A DNA stretch of 63,416 nt, the filler included, from Aduncisulcus paluster (Eukaryota), in NCBI GenBank assembly GCA_024181965.1. It is 10 parts of 10 records of this genome, joined end to end, with 100 filler letters (N's around TTAATTAATTAA, not from the genome) between each part and the next. Parts side by side here need not be neighbours in the genome. Positions count along the whole stretch, not along the records: positions 10,401 to 26,591 come from BQXS01011847.1; positions 26,692 to 43,495 come from BQXS01011848.1; 8 more parts are not named here. The stretch is one strand, 5' to 3'. The notes beneath the pieces were generated by a model, which saw nothing but the letters and a program-made list of their open reading frames with translations, was not told the origin of the DNA and did not search any database. Of this stretch, positions 24,501-35,200 are shown in pieces (the first letter of the stretch is position 1; every line of letters starts with the position of its first letter). A program made the translations under genes and the position numbers.

Positions 24501-25730
24501 GCGGCATCAATAAATCCAAAGAAAGCGGCAGCGTCCTCATCATCTTCTTCTTCAACAGCGTCAATATGAAGCTCATCCATATCAAATGTATTTCTCTTTG
24601 TTTTTGCAGTGCTAATGGCTTCAGAAGTCTTCAGTTTTCCCCACGGATAAGATAAGAAAACAGAGTCGTCAATAATGGACGTATACGTCGTGCAAAGTGA
24701 GGGAGACGAATCGGATGAAATCGCACTTTGACCGCCTTGAGTGATTTCTCCATCGTATATTACATGGCACTTATCAGCAGCAACTATAGATTGCACGGTG
24801 GTGAGGGCACAGAAACTAGGGAGAATGGCTATCAGAGGGTGGATAAGAGGAATAAAATCGACTTCAGAGAGATATTCATGCTCGTCAGGTGTTGATTTTC
24901 CTTCGTATGATTCGATCTTGGCTGACATCTCTCGGTATTTGTCTTCCATGATAGCCACAACATGATCGGCATCAGAATCAAGCATTTTAATGGAATCAAT
25001 CAGAGCAGACTCATCAAATACTTTGTTTAATACAAGAGAAGCAACCAAACGATGCAAATAATAGCGGCGGCGCATCACTTCACACAACTCCTCGGGGGTT
25101 CCAACCAATAATGAGTCATCTGTGGTAGATTTCTTGACTTTTCTTGTTGGGGATTGCTGATCTGACATGTGATGCGCACGTAAGGCGCAGATAATATCTT
25201 TGACTCGACACCCCTTCATTATCTTTGTAATCTGAGCAAATAATTCGTTATAAAAGTCATTATTGATCAAACAGCACGCTTTTGAATAAGATATCACAGC
25301 AGAAATATCACTATAATAACCTTTAGCAAGAATATAAGCGATTCGAGAAAAAAACTTGGTGAGTGAGGGATCTATCTCAGGGTTATGGGTGGGCCCATGT
25401 TCTTCTAATCTTTTACAAAATTTAGAGCATGCAGAGATATTTAATTTCCCATCTTGTGGGGGTACTGAGTAAATAAATACAAAAACAATTAATAAGTGTG
25501 AAACTTGAAAAAAAAATTATTATTGCTGTAAAATTGCAAAAATACATACCTTTATATGTTTGAAAATCTTTAAAAAATTCATTGGCTTTGGATATTTGGC
25601 GTTTTATAGACAAAAAGAAATCCTGTTGTTATAAAATGGTAAGTATATGGAAAAAAAAAAAACATCTCGACAAATTAACGCAAAAATAACATCTACTTAC
25701 ATTATTTGTAACACAATTATAATCTTTCCC
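18540..25730 (-). CDS. Very large (>2200 aa) hypothetical protein with coiled coils, at least two 5' introns, interrupted by a 20-N gap duplication
   Basis: ORF 19097..25297 joins 18540..19100 after removing the duplicated overlap. The frame extends upstream through spliced exons. The start codon is uncertain. Confidence 0.75.
25465..25549 (-). other. Spliceosomal intron, 85 nt (GTATGT...TACTCAG)
   Basis: Removal joins ...DFQTYK-V-PPQDGKLNISACSK... in frame with the 2066-aa ORF. The interior is AT-rich. Confidence 0.7.
25623..25700 (-). other. Spliceosomal intron, 78 nt (GTAAGT...ACAACAG)
   Basis: Canonical donor and acceptor. Splicing gives MGKDYNCVTNN-DFFLSIKRQ in frame. Confidence 0.55.
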
Positions 25731-26334
25731 CATCGAATACAACAAAAAAAGAGAGTATCCCCTTCAAACTCGATGAACAACGGGACCAATATTTATTCTT
25801 GCATGAAAATATTTCAAGTGGAATAAAGAGTAAAAATAAAAGGTAAAACAGTTCAAAATTACAAAGATTCAACATGGAGATATTTTCTTTTCCTGTCTCC
25901 GTCTATATAAATAAAAAAAAATAAAATGAAAGGCATAGAGATGTTAAAATGGGATGAGTTATTTCTCTTAAATTAAAATATTACCTCAAACACGCAACCA
26001 CCATCAAGATTGATAGCGAAATCGGCAAAAGGTCCACTATATCTCCGAGAAAATGTTGAGAAACTATTTGTGAGCAAAGAATAGCCATAAAAAACAGCCC
26101 TCGACCGTTCGAAGAATTGTTAGTTTTCGAAAAGAAAGGTTGTCGAAATGATTGTTTCTTTCTTCTCAGATTCCATTTCAGGAGATCAAGGAGGTGGAAA
26201 TTGGCACGTTCGATTGGAATATAATTTATTATTTCGCAAAAGATACAACAAAAAAAATATTTTAAACTGATATTTCTTGCATAACATGGAGATACAGCTC
26301 GACTTCATCTCATCAAATAATTAATACAAAACAA

Positions 26335-26591
26335 TCAATGAATATCTTCTTCATCTTTAACACTTCTTTTTTCTGCTTGAATTCGAGCCTTTTCAGATGT
26401 ATATTGTTCGGCGGCGAACGATATAGGAACGAATTTGGTTGTAAAAAATTCTTCTTCACGTTCTTCAAGAAATTCAAGTAATTGGCGAGATTTCAATAAA
26501 ATAATTGAGAGGGCAAGCTGACTAACTGCTGGAGAGAGCCCCATGGGTTGAACAAGGAGACGAGGTAACTCAACAAAAAAACGAAGCAAAT
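26335..26591 (-). CDS. C-terminal fragment of a hypothetical protein
   Basis: Open frame from the scaffold edge to a TGA with protein-like composition. Confidence 0.5.
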
Positions 26592-26691
26592 NNNNNNNNN
26601 NNNNNNNNNNNNNNNNNNNNNNNNNNNNNNNNNNNTTAATTAATTAANNNNNNNNNNNNNNNNNNNNNNNNNNNNNNNNNNNNNNNNNNNN

Positions 26692-27499
26692 GATGGTAAG
26701 AAGACATCCAAGAAGTATGCATTCACAGAACCTGAACATTACTATGAATGGTTCTTCCTTCCTATTGATTTGTGTAATGTTGTATTGTGTGAGATCGAAG
26801 GGAAAGGAACGTGGTTAAATAATAACAATAGTCGACGTTTCTTCATCCACTCCCTTGTTTTCATTAGAAAAGAAACCCCTAAAGAACTCAAATCTCGTGA
26901 AGCCAGAGAGAAAATATGGTCTGAAACTCCAATTGTGAAACCAGAGTTTGTTAAGGAAGGTGGTAGAGATTCTATTCCCATTCCACGAGACGATCCAAAG
27001 GTTGTAGATCCTTCATTCTCAGTGGTTAAGTGCAAGAATGATTTGTATAGTAAGGAATCTGAGAAGTATGACATGAGTTCAAAAGCACAAAAAATGTTAA
27101 AAGGGGAAGAATTTGAATGGGAAGAAGAAGATGAATTAAAAGATGGTGTCCTTCCCTTATCCCATCTTTCCATCCCTTTCCCATCACCTAGTCCAATGAA
27201 AGGTGCTTATATCTGTGTGGATCAGAGTCGGAGTTCTCCCTCTCTTCTCTTCACTTTCACTGATTGTGATGGTAAGAAGACCCTCAAGAAGTATGAATTC
27301 ACAAAACCTAAACATATAATCGAATGGCTCTTCCTTCCTATTGATTTGGATAATGTTGTATTGTGTGAGATTGAAGGGAAAGGAATGTGGTGGGTGTGTA
27401 ATAAGAATAGTCGATGGTTCGAGATATACTCCCTTGTTTTTACTATGCCCGAGGAAACCATTGGTAGCTGAACGATTATCTCTACTTCCATGGAAATAA
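26692..27499 (+). CDS. Lineage-specific tandem-domain protein (~190-aa repeat unit), 5' partial
   Basis: Two copies of (DGKKT.KKY.FT.P.H..)EW.FLPIDL.NVVLCEIEGKG.W...NSR.F.I.SLVF occur about 579 nt apart. The ORF stops at 27471, but a +1 frame continues VAERLSLLPWK* to 27499. Confidence 0.75.
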
Positions 27500-27563
27500 T
27501 CCGATAATACTGGTATTTTCTGCAAAGAAGGACAATGTTCTTTTATTCCCTTGCGTCTGTCAC

Positions 27564-28280
27564 GTGTCAGTCTTCTCAGAAATAGTCGTTTGTCAGATGT
27601 CTGATATGAATGCACATGAGATAATGCATTCTATTCCTGCTTCCCCTTCCCCACAGAACGAAAACGATCATGAAACTCACCCTCCTGAGCCTGGTGAACT
27701 TCCTCCACCAGGTGAGGAAAGGGGGTCTTCTCGTAGGACCCCCGCTGAAACTCATGATTCTGGGAACCCCTCTGGTATCACCCGCCCATCAACCAACAGG
27801 ACCCAACGTTCTCAATCACACAGGGACAGCATGACTATGAAAGATGTCATCAAGGAGGTTGAATCGCCCGTGAAAGCTGCCGAACAGAGCAAGCGTCAAG
27901 TCTATCAGAACCTTGCTGCTGTCCGCACTCGCGAAAGACTCCGCAGAGGCTCCCCTGTAAGCTCCCTCGGTGAGATGGTCCAAATTGCCAACAGTTCTAT
28001 TACATATATACCTTTTGCTGTTGACTCTATTGGTACCGTTGGATCTGAGGCTCTCTCTTTCTTGAAAAAGATTGTTGCTTGGTATGGAAATCCGAAACAA
28101 CTCATCTCCTCCAAAGAAGGTGACAAAGCTGTCTATATGACGAGGCTGAGGCTACTTCGGAGACGCATCGGACAAGCTGTGCTCATGAGAGCATTTGGAT
28201 CGGCTGACAAGGCCATATCCAAACTTCTCGACAGAGCTGGCTTTATCAAGAGAGCCAGAGCTTCGATGGCGTTCCTCTAG
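27564..28280 (+). mobile_element. Non-LTR retrotransposon-derived ORF containing the C-terminal part of a CRE/SLACS-type restriction-like endonuclease (RLE) domain
   Basis: AAEQSKRQVY...YIPFAVDSIGTVGSEALSFLKKI...LRRRIGQAVLMRA matches the CRE-clade tail pattern AE..K..KY...F.P.A.E..G..G.EA..FL....L.QRLS.A.QRG. No RT, CCHC or PD..D motif is visible. Confidence 0.7.
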
Positions 28281-28715
28281 TATGTCTAACCCTACAACTC
28301 CTAAGGCTTCCCACACAGTTTTCTATCCCTCCAATGATATTCTTTCTATTTCAATAACATTTCCTCCACTAATACTTTCCTTTTCTATCATTAAACAACC
28401 TCTATCAGCTATTGAATGGTACTTTAAGCTTTCCAACTCCAATATATTGGTACTCGCCATTAGAATGGTTTAATCTCTACTCTATATGATTGGTTGCTGA
28501 CTATATGTTTTTTGCCCATTATTTTCTTTTTTTCTTTATTTTTTCTTGTTTGGAGCATGTCTGCTCAATAACCGGCTAAACCGGGATTTACCGAATAAAC
28601 TAACTGGATATTTTCTCCGAGTCGGAAAACTCTATTCACCGTTTTCAGGATAGAATTGAGTCTTACTTTGAAATACGTTTATATTTTACCCAAAATACAT
28701 ATTATCTTTTTTTGA

Positions 28716-31337
28716 ATGTCACCTCCACAATGCCATTTTTTCCAAGTTCATTCTAAATCCCGTATTACCTCCTTTATTGATTCTTTTTCATTTATATTTT
28801 GTTTTATTGTTATTTTCTTTGTTATTTGTGGTGAATCTTGGATATTACAGCCAATGGATCATTCCGAATTTTTTATCTCAGAGGAAGACGAGTTCCAGAT
28901 ATATATCCCGAATTCTACCGTCAGAAAAGATGTTTGTGAGGCATATATTGATGAAAAAACCATGTGCGATATCTCGAAATATGACATGGCATCAATATCA
29001 AGTTTTTTTGATGTTAATGATGATTCTACGATTGATTCTCTTGAAGGATTGCAATATATGATTGGTACTAGATCCATCAATGCTGAAAATACCTCAATTT
29101 CTAGCATTTCATCGCTTTCTAACCTCACCCAACTTGGATATCTCTATCTTTCTGGAAATACCCAAGGAGAGGCCCATCCCGATATTTCTTCCTTGGAAAG
29201 TCTCCAAAATCTTGATCGATTGGTTGAGATTTCCCTCTTTGGGAATGAAACTCTCTCGGATATCTCTGTTCTTTACAGAAATATCAACATTCAGGCAGTA
29301 TATCTTCACGATGGTGATTATGGCTATTACAGCATTCCATTGTGTAGATCCGAGGACGATGACACGTATTGGAAGTTTATTCAAACTGTTTTCCCAACGC
29401 ATGATGATGATGACAGCAATCGTGAGTATTATTTCTTGCCCAACGATTGTCCTCTCAACTCTGGTAAATATGTGTATAATTGTGACTCTACAGATGTCAA
29501 TTGTCCCTCCATTATCAGAAATGAAGTGTATTCCACCCTTGTTGATCCTTCTGAGAAACAATGTGCCTGGATTGCCAAAGCCGACTATGATTCCAACAGT
29601 GATTTGATCTGCTACACCATTCATGATGCCAATCTGAGGAAATACATAAAGGATACATATCCTGGCATTGAAGAAGACAATGGAATGATCAGTGTTGCTG
29701 CTCTAAGGTCAACATTGTCTGGTTCTCTTGATCTCAAGGATGTGATGGATCAGATCGGTGATGTGGGTACCTTGCAAGGTCTTGAATATGCCTCAGGTCT
29801 CACAGAACTTAACTTGGACGGATATGATCTCTCTCAGTCAAGCGCAACTTTCGCCATGGACAGGCTTGTTATTATGATACTTGCAAAAGCTGTGACATAT
29901 AGTAATTATTATGGAGCTGTAGACTCTGGTCTCACTTCCCTCTCCTTGTCTGGGTGTGGATTGAGAAGATTGGAATCTATTTTAGACTTCACTCCGGTCC
30001 ACACTGATGATTTTGCCACTCAATCGTTTAAGCTAGAGTCTCTTGACATCTCAAACAACTCTGTCTCTGATCTAAGTTGGTTGATTACCAATGATATGTT
30101 CCAAGCTGACACTCTGACATCTCTTAATATTAGTGATAATCTTATATGTGACATTGACAATGTTGTAGCTGCTCTGCAGGATTATTTTGTCAACCTCACT
30201 GAATTACAATATGATAATCAAACCTGTTTGTGCACTGAAGGTGATGTTTCTTTCACAAACCACCTAATATGCCGAGAGTTGTATGCTGATATGTGGGTGT
30301 CAGATTGCTGGAAAGGGTATTATTTGGATATGGCCTCAAACGAGTGTATGTTGGCATGCAATAAGAAGTATGAGCTCAACGATGATGGTGTATGTGTGAG
30401 AAACAATGATATTCTATTCGATAATGCTGCTGATTGTCGTCTGTGTGAATGGGGTTCAGCAATGGCTATCAAAGAATCTGGAGATGATCATTTGACATGT
30501 ATCTGTGCTGAGGGTTATGTTGGTGATGATTGTACTCTGGCGTGTCCTTCAAATGCTGGAGCTTCATGCAACAATCATGGAACGTGTATCTTCTCCCAAG
30601 TTGATGACACTGCTATATGTGAGTGTGAAGATGGATATTATGGGGATTCCTGCTCTTCTTTGTGTCCTGTAATCGATGGATTAGAATGCTCTGGCAATGG
30701 ATCATGCCAAACAATTGCCCAGGCAACCGGATTCCTTGCCGAGTGTATATGCAGTGCCCATTGGTTCGGTTCTGACTGTTCTTCGCCGTGTCCTGTTGAT
30801 TCCAATGGTATTGTGTGCCATGGAGATGCGTATGGAGTTTGTGATTCGGATCTTAACGAGTGTGTTTGTACGCAGGAAGAACAAGTCGGCTCTGCTTGTG
30901 AATTTACTTGCACTGAGAAGAAATCCAAGGATTATTTCTCTTGTGATGGACATGGTGAATGTGTTATTTCTCATGCTTATGATCCATTTGGTATTCAGTC
31001 AGATTCAGGAGTGTCTTGTTCATGTTCTGTTTGGTTCTCTGATAAGTCAAAGGAGGGTTCCAATTTACATTGTTTCCACTTGTCGGTGCTTAGTATTTGT
31101 TTAATCGTATTCTCAGTGCTCGTGTGTGTCGCTGGAATTACAGTTTTGATTGTGTGTTGTGTGAAAAAAGTGAAAGAGGAAAGCCTCCAAGCTTCAGTCG
31201 AGAAATCCTCCACAGAGAAGGCTGGATTACTCGCTGATGACGAGTACTCTTATTCATATTCATACTCAGAATCATCTCCAGAGCATACAAAAGGCAAGAA
31301 AGAATCCAAAGAAAAGAAAGGGGCTTCTAAACCGTAA
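28716..31337 (+). CDS. Internalin-like LRR + EGF-repeat type I membrane protein
   Basis: N-terminal hydrophobic signal, LRR caps (IPNSTVRKDVC, IHDANLRKYI), LRRs (LSNLTQLGYLYLSGN, LESLDISNNSVSDL), about five EGF-like repeats, a TM helix (VLSICLIVFSVLVCVAGITVLIVCCV) and a short tail. Confidence 0.88.
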   Translation: MSPPQCHFFQVHSKSRITSFIDSFSFIFCFIVIFFVICGESWILQPMDHSEFFISEEDEFQIYIPNSTVRKDVCEAYIDEKTMCDISKYDMASISSFFDVNDDSTIDSLEGLQYMIGTRSINAENTSISSISSLSNLTQLGYLYLSGNTQGEAHPDISSLESLQNLDRLVEISLFGNETLSDISVLYRNINIQAVYLHDGDYGYYSIPLCRSEDDDTYWKFIQTVFPTHDDDDSNREYYFLPNDCPLNSGKYVYNCDSTDVNCPSIIRNEVYSTLVDPSEKQCAWIAKADYDSNSDLICYTIHDANLRKYIKDTYPGIEEDNGMISVAALRSTLSGSLDLKDVMDQIGDVGTLQGLEYASGLTELNLDGYDLSQSSATFAMDRLVIMILAKAVTYSNYYGAVDSGLTSLSLSGCGLRRLESILDFTPVHTDDFATQSFKLESLDISNNSVSDLSWLITNDMFQADTLTSLNISDNLICDIDNVVAALQDYFVNLTELQYDNQTCLCTEGDVSFTNHLICRELYADMWVSDCWKGYYLDMASNECMLACNKKYELNDDGVCVRNNDILFDNAADCRLCEWGSAMAIKESGDDHLTCICAEGYVGDDCTLACPSNAGASCNNHGTCIFSQVDDTAICECEDGYYGDSCSSLCPVIDGLECSGNGSCQTIAQATGFLAECICSAHWFGSDCSSPCPVDSNGIVCHGDAYGVCDSDLNECVCTQEEQVGSACEFTCTEKKSKDYFSCDGHGECVISHAYDPFGIQSDSGVSCSCSVWFSDKSKEGSNLHCFHLSVLSICLIVFSVLVCVAGITVLIVCCVKKVKEESLQASVEKSSTEKAGLLADDEYSYSYSYSESSPEHTKGKKESKEKKGASKP

Positions 31338-32217
31338 CTTCATAAACGTTTCTTACTTTTTATTAATCCATTTTATCTCTTTATTTTTTATTTTTCCCAG
31401 TGTTTTGTTGTTGGAAAACAAATTTATTAGTATCAACTCTTTGTGAGGAGTAATATGGTGGTGATTATTCGAATAATCACATTATTTAGGAAAGATTGAA
31501 TGATTCTTCGTGGTAGATTCAATCATAATGTGATCATACATGCCGATTCTGTTCATCCTATCTTTCACAATAAATGTTATTCGAATTATTGTTCTATCTC
31601 AAATTGAGATCCATTAATTACTTGATGCTTTGAGAATATCTCTTTCGTTTACACTCTAGAGTCCAAACCAATAATTACATTGTCTGAATAACATCAAGAA
31701 AAATGCAAAAATTGGAATATTTCTTCAAAATCAACAAAATCATTATTATCGAATCTATTTTTAGAAATTCTATTTTTAGAATTGCCAATTTGTAAACTTC
31801 AAAATGATGCAGAATATCATTTGAAAATAAAATAAAAACCCTAAAAATCGTTTTATTATCTTATGGTAATGAAATGGACATTGTTTCTAGTTTTGTTCAA
31901 ATAGAACAAAATTTATTCAAATAAATCTGACAGCTGTCGTGACGAGTAAAATCTAAAAGGTATAAAAACAGAATATCACAATCAAGAATAACAGAAATCA
32001 GATAACCAACTTGAAAGCATAGAAGATTGTTAAATCGGCAAGTAAGTAAATAAATAAATAGAATCACAATTATATAACTACATATGATTAGCTATCATAC
32101 ACAAATAGCACTGATAATTACAATAAATTAACAAAAGAAAACAATCTTGAGGAAGGCATCAAAACCTTTAAAATGAATATTATTGAAACGAACTTTCCGC
32201 AATAAAAAAAAAGAAAA

Positions 32218-35200
32218 TCATTTTGATCCCCAAGACCACTTCTTTTTAGGTTCACTCTGCTGATGTTCTTTAGATTGAGGAACATGAACCATTTTGCTAT
32301 CAGATGGAATGTCATCGACAACCGGTTTGATTGTACCGGCTATCCTTTCTTTTCCGGCATTCACGACATCCCGAAGTTTTTTCGCTGCCACCAATTTAAG
32401 ATACTTTGTCATGCTCAGGATCATCACAACAAGCATCAATATGTTGAAAATAATTGATATGGCAACGAAAATGTAAAAGATCCATTCACCTCCCGGAGAA
32501 TCCTTTAAGATATTACCAAGCCCAAGAGTCAAATAACTAAGGGCAAGAATATCAAACGACCATATCATAGCCGTGTTTTCATCCGTTTTGTCAAAGGGTG
32601 CAAACTTCCAAAACACAAGACGAGCGAGGATCAACAAGATAGCGATACCAAAGATCTGAATGTTTCCACCATCCACAACCTCAACAAGGATCTGTAAGAG
32701 CTGTCTGAATATCAAAAGACTCACAAGGAACCAGGTAAATCCTTCCTTCAAACCATCCATCAATGGAATAGGCCTGCCAATCCTCTTGACACGAGTCANN
32801 NNNNNNNNNNNNNNNNNNTACCAAGCCCAAGAGTCAAATAACTAAGGGCAAGAATATCAAACGACCATATCATAGCCGTGTTTTCATCCGTTTTGTCAAA
32901 GGGTGCAAACTTCCAAAACACAAGACGAGCGAGGATCAACAAGATAGCGATACCAAAGATCTGAATGTTTCCACCATCCACAACCTCAACAAGGATCTGT
33001 AAGAGCTGTCTGAATATCAAAAGACTCACAAGGAACCAGGTAAATCCTTCCTTCAAACCATCCATCAATGGAATAGGCCTGCCAATCCTCTTGACACGAG
33101 TCACAGCTAAGACTGCGATAATAATAGGAACAATAAGAATGTTGAACACAAGAATCACAGCAGCCAGAATACAGAGTATCTTCCAGCTGTTATCACTCAA
33201 ACGAATGTCAACATCGTACAACCAGACCCAATCACTTATGGAATCATCCATTCCGTTTGGCTTTCCAAGTTCAAATACACGGAACACAGAAGCAGCAGCC
33301 TCAGTGGAAATGAGCAAGAAAAGCTCACAAAATAGGGAGAACAAGATTCCAACATCCATTTTCTTAAAGACTCTGTGGACCTTTCTCAGAAGAGAGGGCA
33401 ATCCAAAGAAACTACTAATGATCACAAATGTTGGGAAGATCATGTTAAAGAGTGTAGAAGACCAGGGAGTGAAAAGATCAGGCCACAGACACATCAAGCC
33501 AGTACTGAAGATCTGAGGGGAAAGATCGAGAGAATCGAGTGCAAGAACACCCCAGGAGACACCCCAAGGAGCAACAATGAGTAACTGCCAATGTGAAAGG
33601 AGGAGAGAGAGAGCGGTTGAAACATCCACAGCATTCTTAAGCCTCTCATCGACATCATCAGGATCTGTTGGACCATCAACATCAATTGGAGCCTGTATGT
33701 CAGAATTGGAGTCATGGATATCCAGCCTCTTGGAGACTGTCATCTCAACAGCGCCTTCACCAACAGTTGGTTCTTCATCTCCCTCTCCTTCATTAAGCTG
33801 CTCACGTGCAATCTGGATACATCCGTACATCATAAATAGCAACTGGATTAACAAAATACCTCCAAACACAAGGGCAACGGTGGTAGTGTCCCCACACTCA
33901 CCACAGTTATCGTTAGGTCCACTCCGGACCCATCCCTCATCACACACAAGACAAACTGACCCAGAATGACCCTCAGCACACTCCTCGTCAATGAGATCAG
34001 TGCTCATGACATATGAATTCTCGGTGAGAAGATCATCATTTCCAGTGCATGTATCATCAATGGGACATTCATGATGGATGACTGTACCATCAGAACGGAC
34101 AACAATGGCTCCAGTGTCTGCATCAAGCCATGTCCAATAGCCAGAATCACTTCCAATCGACCCTCCATCATGACAATTGGCACCGTCAGGACAGATTTGA
34201 CAGACAGCACCGCTCTCCTTGATTCCCTTGTAAGTACTAGGCCCACTGCAGGTTGTGCACATCCCCCTGAACACATTACTTCCAGTCACCTCGAGAGCAG
34301 CATCAATGGAACATACAGGGAGATGCAAGGCAAGTTTGTAAGGGTTGACTTCATTCCCATACATCTTCAGATAAGCATATCCATAAGTTTCTTCCTGCGG
34401 GGCCGAGATAACAATGTCCTGGGCTTGGGAATGGGACACCGAGGAGAATGATGAAGTGAATTGGAAGAAAACAGGGGACACGGCCGTCTTATAGTACACA
34501 TCATCAGTGGTGACAGTGGCAAGCGTAATAAAAGTTCCATCTTCTTCGAGTGAGATTGTGGGTTCACCGAAGTAGGAATAAAGCGAGACAGTGACAGACT
34601 TAGAGTACTCATCGATGGCAATTCCAGTGTTAACATAGGAGATACTGGCATCCTTAGGGGTGATAAGTGGACGAGGAGAGGCATTCATACGCTCATAACG
34701 TTCACGCTTTAACAAGATAACCTCCTTCTCAAGAGGAGACAGCTTAACAAAGGCATCATTGAGAACAAGATCCTCCAAAGAATATGAGCTTGCAGCCACT
34801 TCCGCAGCATTAAAATAATCAAGACAGAGTTTAGTGTAGCCTTCATTGGCCCACAATATACAATCGACCTTATTGACAGGCTGATTAGTAAGGAGAGTGG
34901 TACAATAGGTAAGTGAGTCAGCAGCTGCATCCAGGGCAACTGGAGAGAAGTTGTACACAAGACAGACAGAAGTGTCAAGCGGATCGAAGGTGAGACAGCC
35001 ATCGTGAACAAGATAACCCGTGGTTTCGAAGTCATGAAGGGCGTTACACACATCAGTGATACCAAGAGAAGCTGCAGCATCATTGTCATACATCTCCATC
35101 ATCTTTGTGTAATATCTGTACTTTTGGCACTGTTCACTCGATTCAAAGAAAGAAATGTTGTGAGAAAGACCACTGTAAGAACAACATTCAGCAACAGAAT

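Noticed and set aside
25985..26176. Minus-strand frame MESEKKE...FEN*QFFERS... with an in-frame TAA, suggesting TAA=Gln as in hexamitid diplomonads
   Set aside because: Enolase, RPL10A and the MutS gene end at TAA and DTD1 at TAG, and the long ORFs have no internal TAR codons, so the code is standard.
27478..28481. ATCTCTACT 9-bp direct repeat as the TSD of the RLE element
   Set aside because: The left copy lies within the probable C-terminal coding sequence (AERLSLLPWK) of the upstream gene, which continues past it. A 9-mer match is weak evidence.
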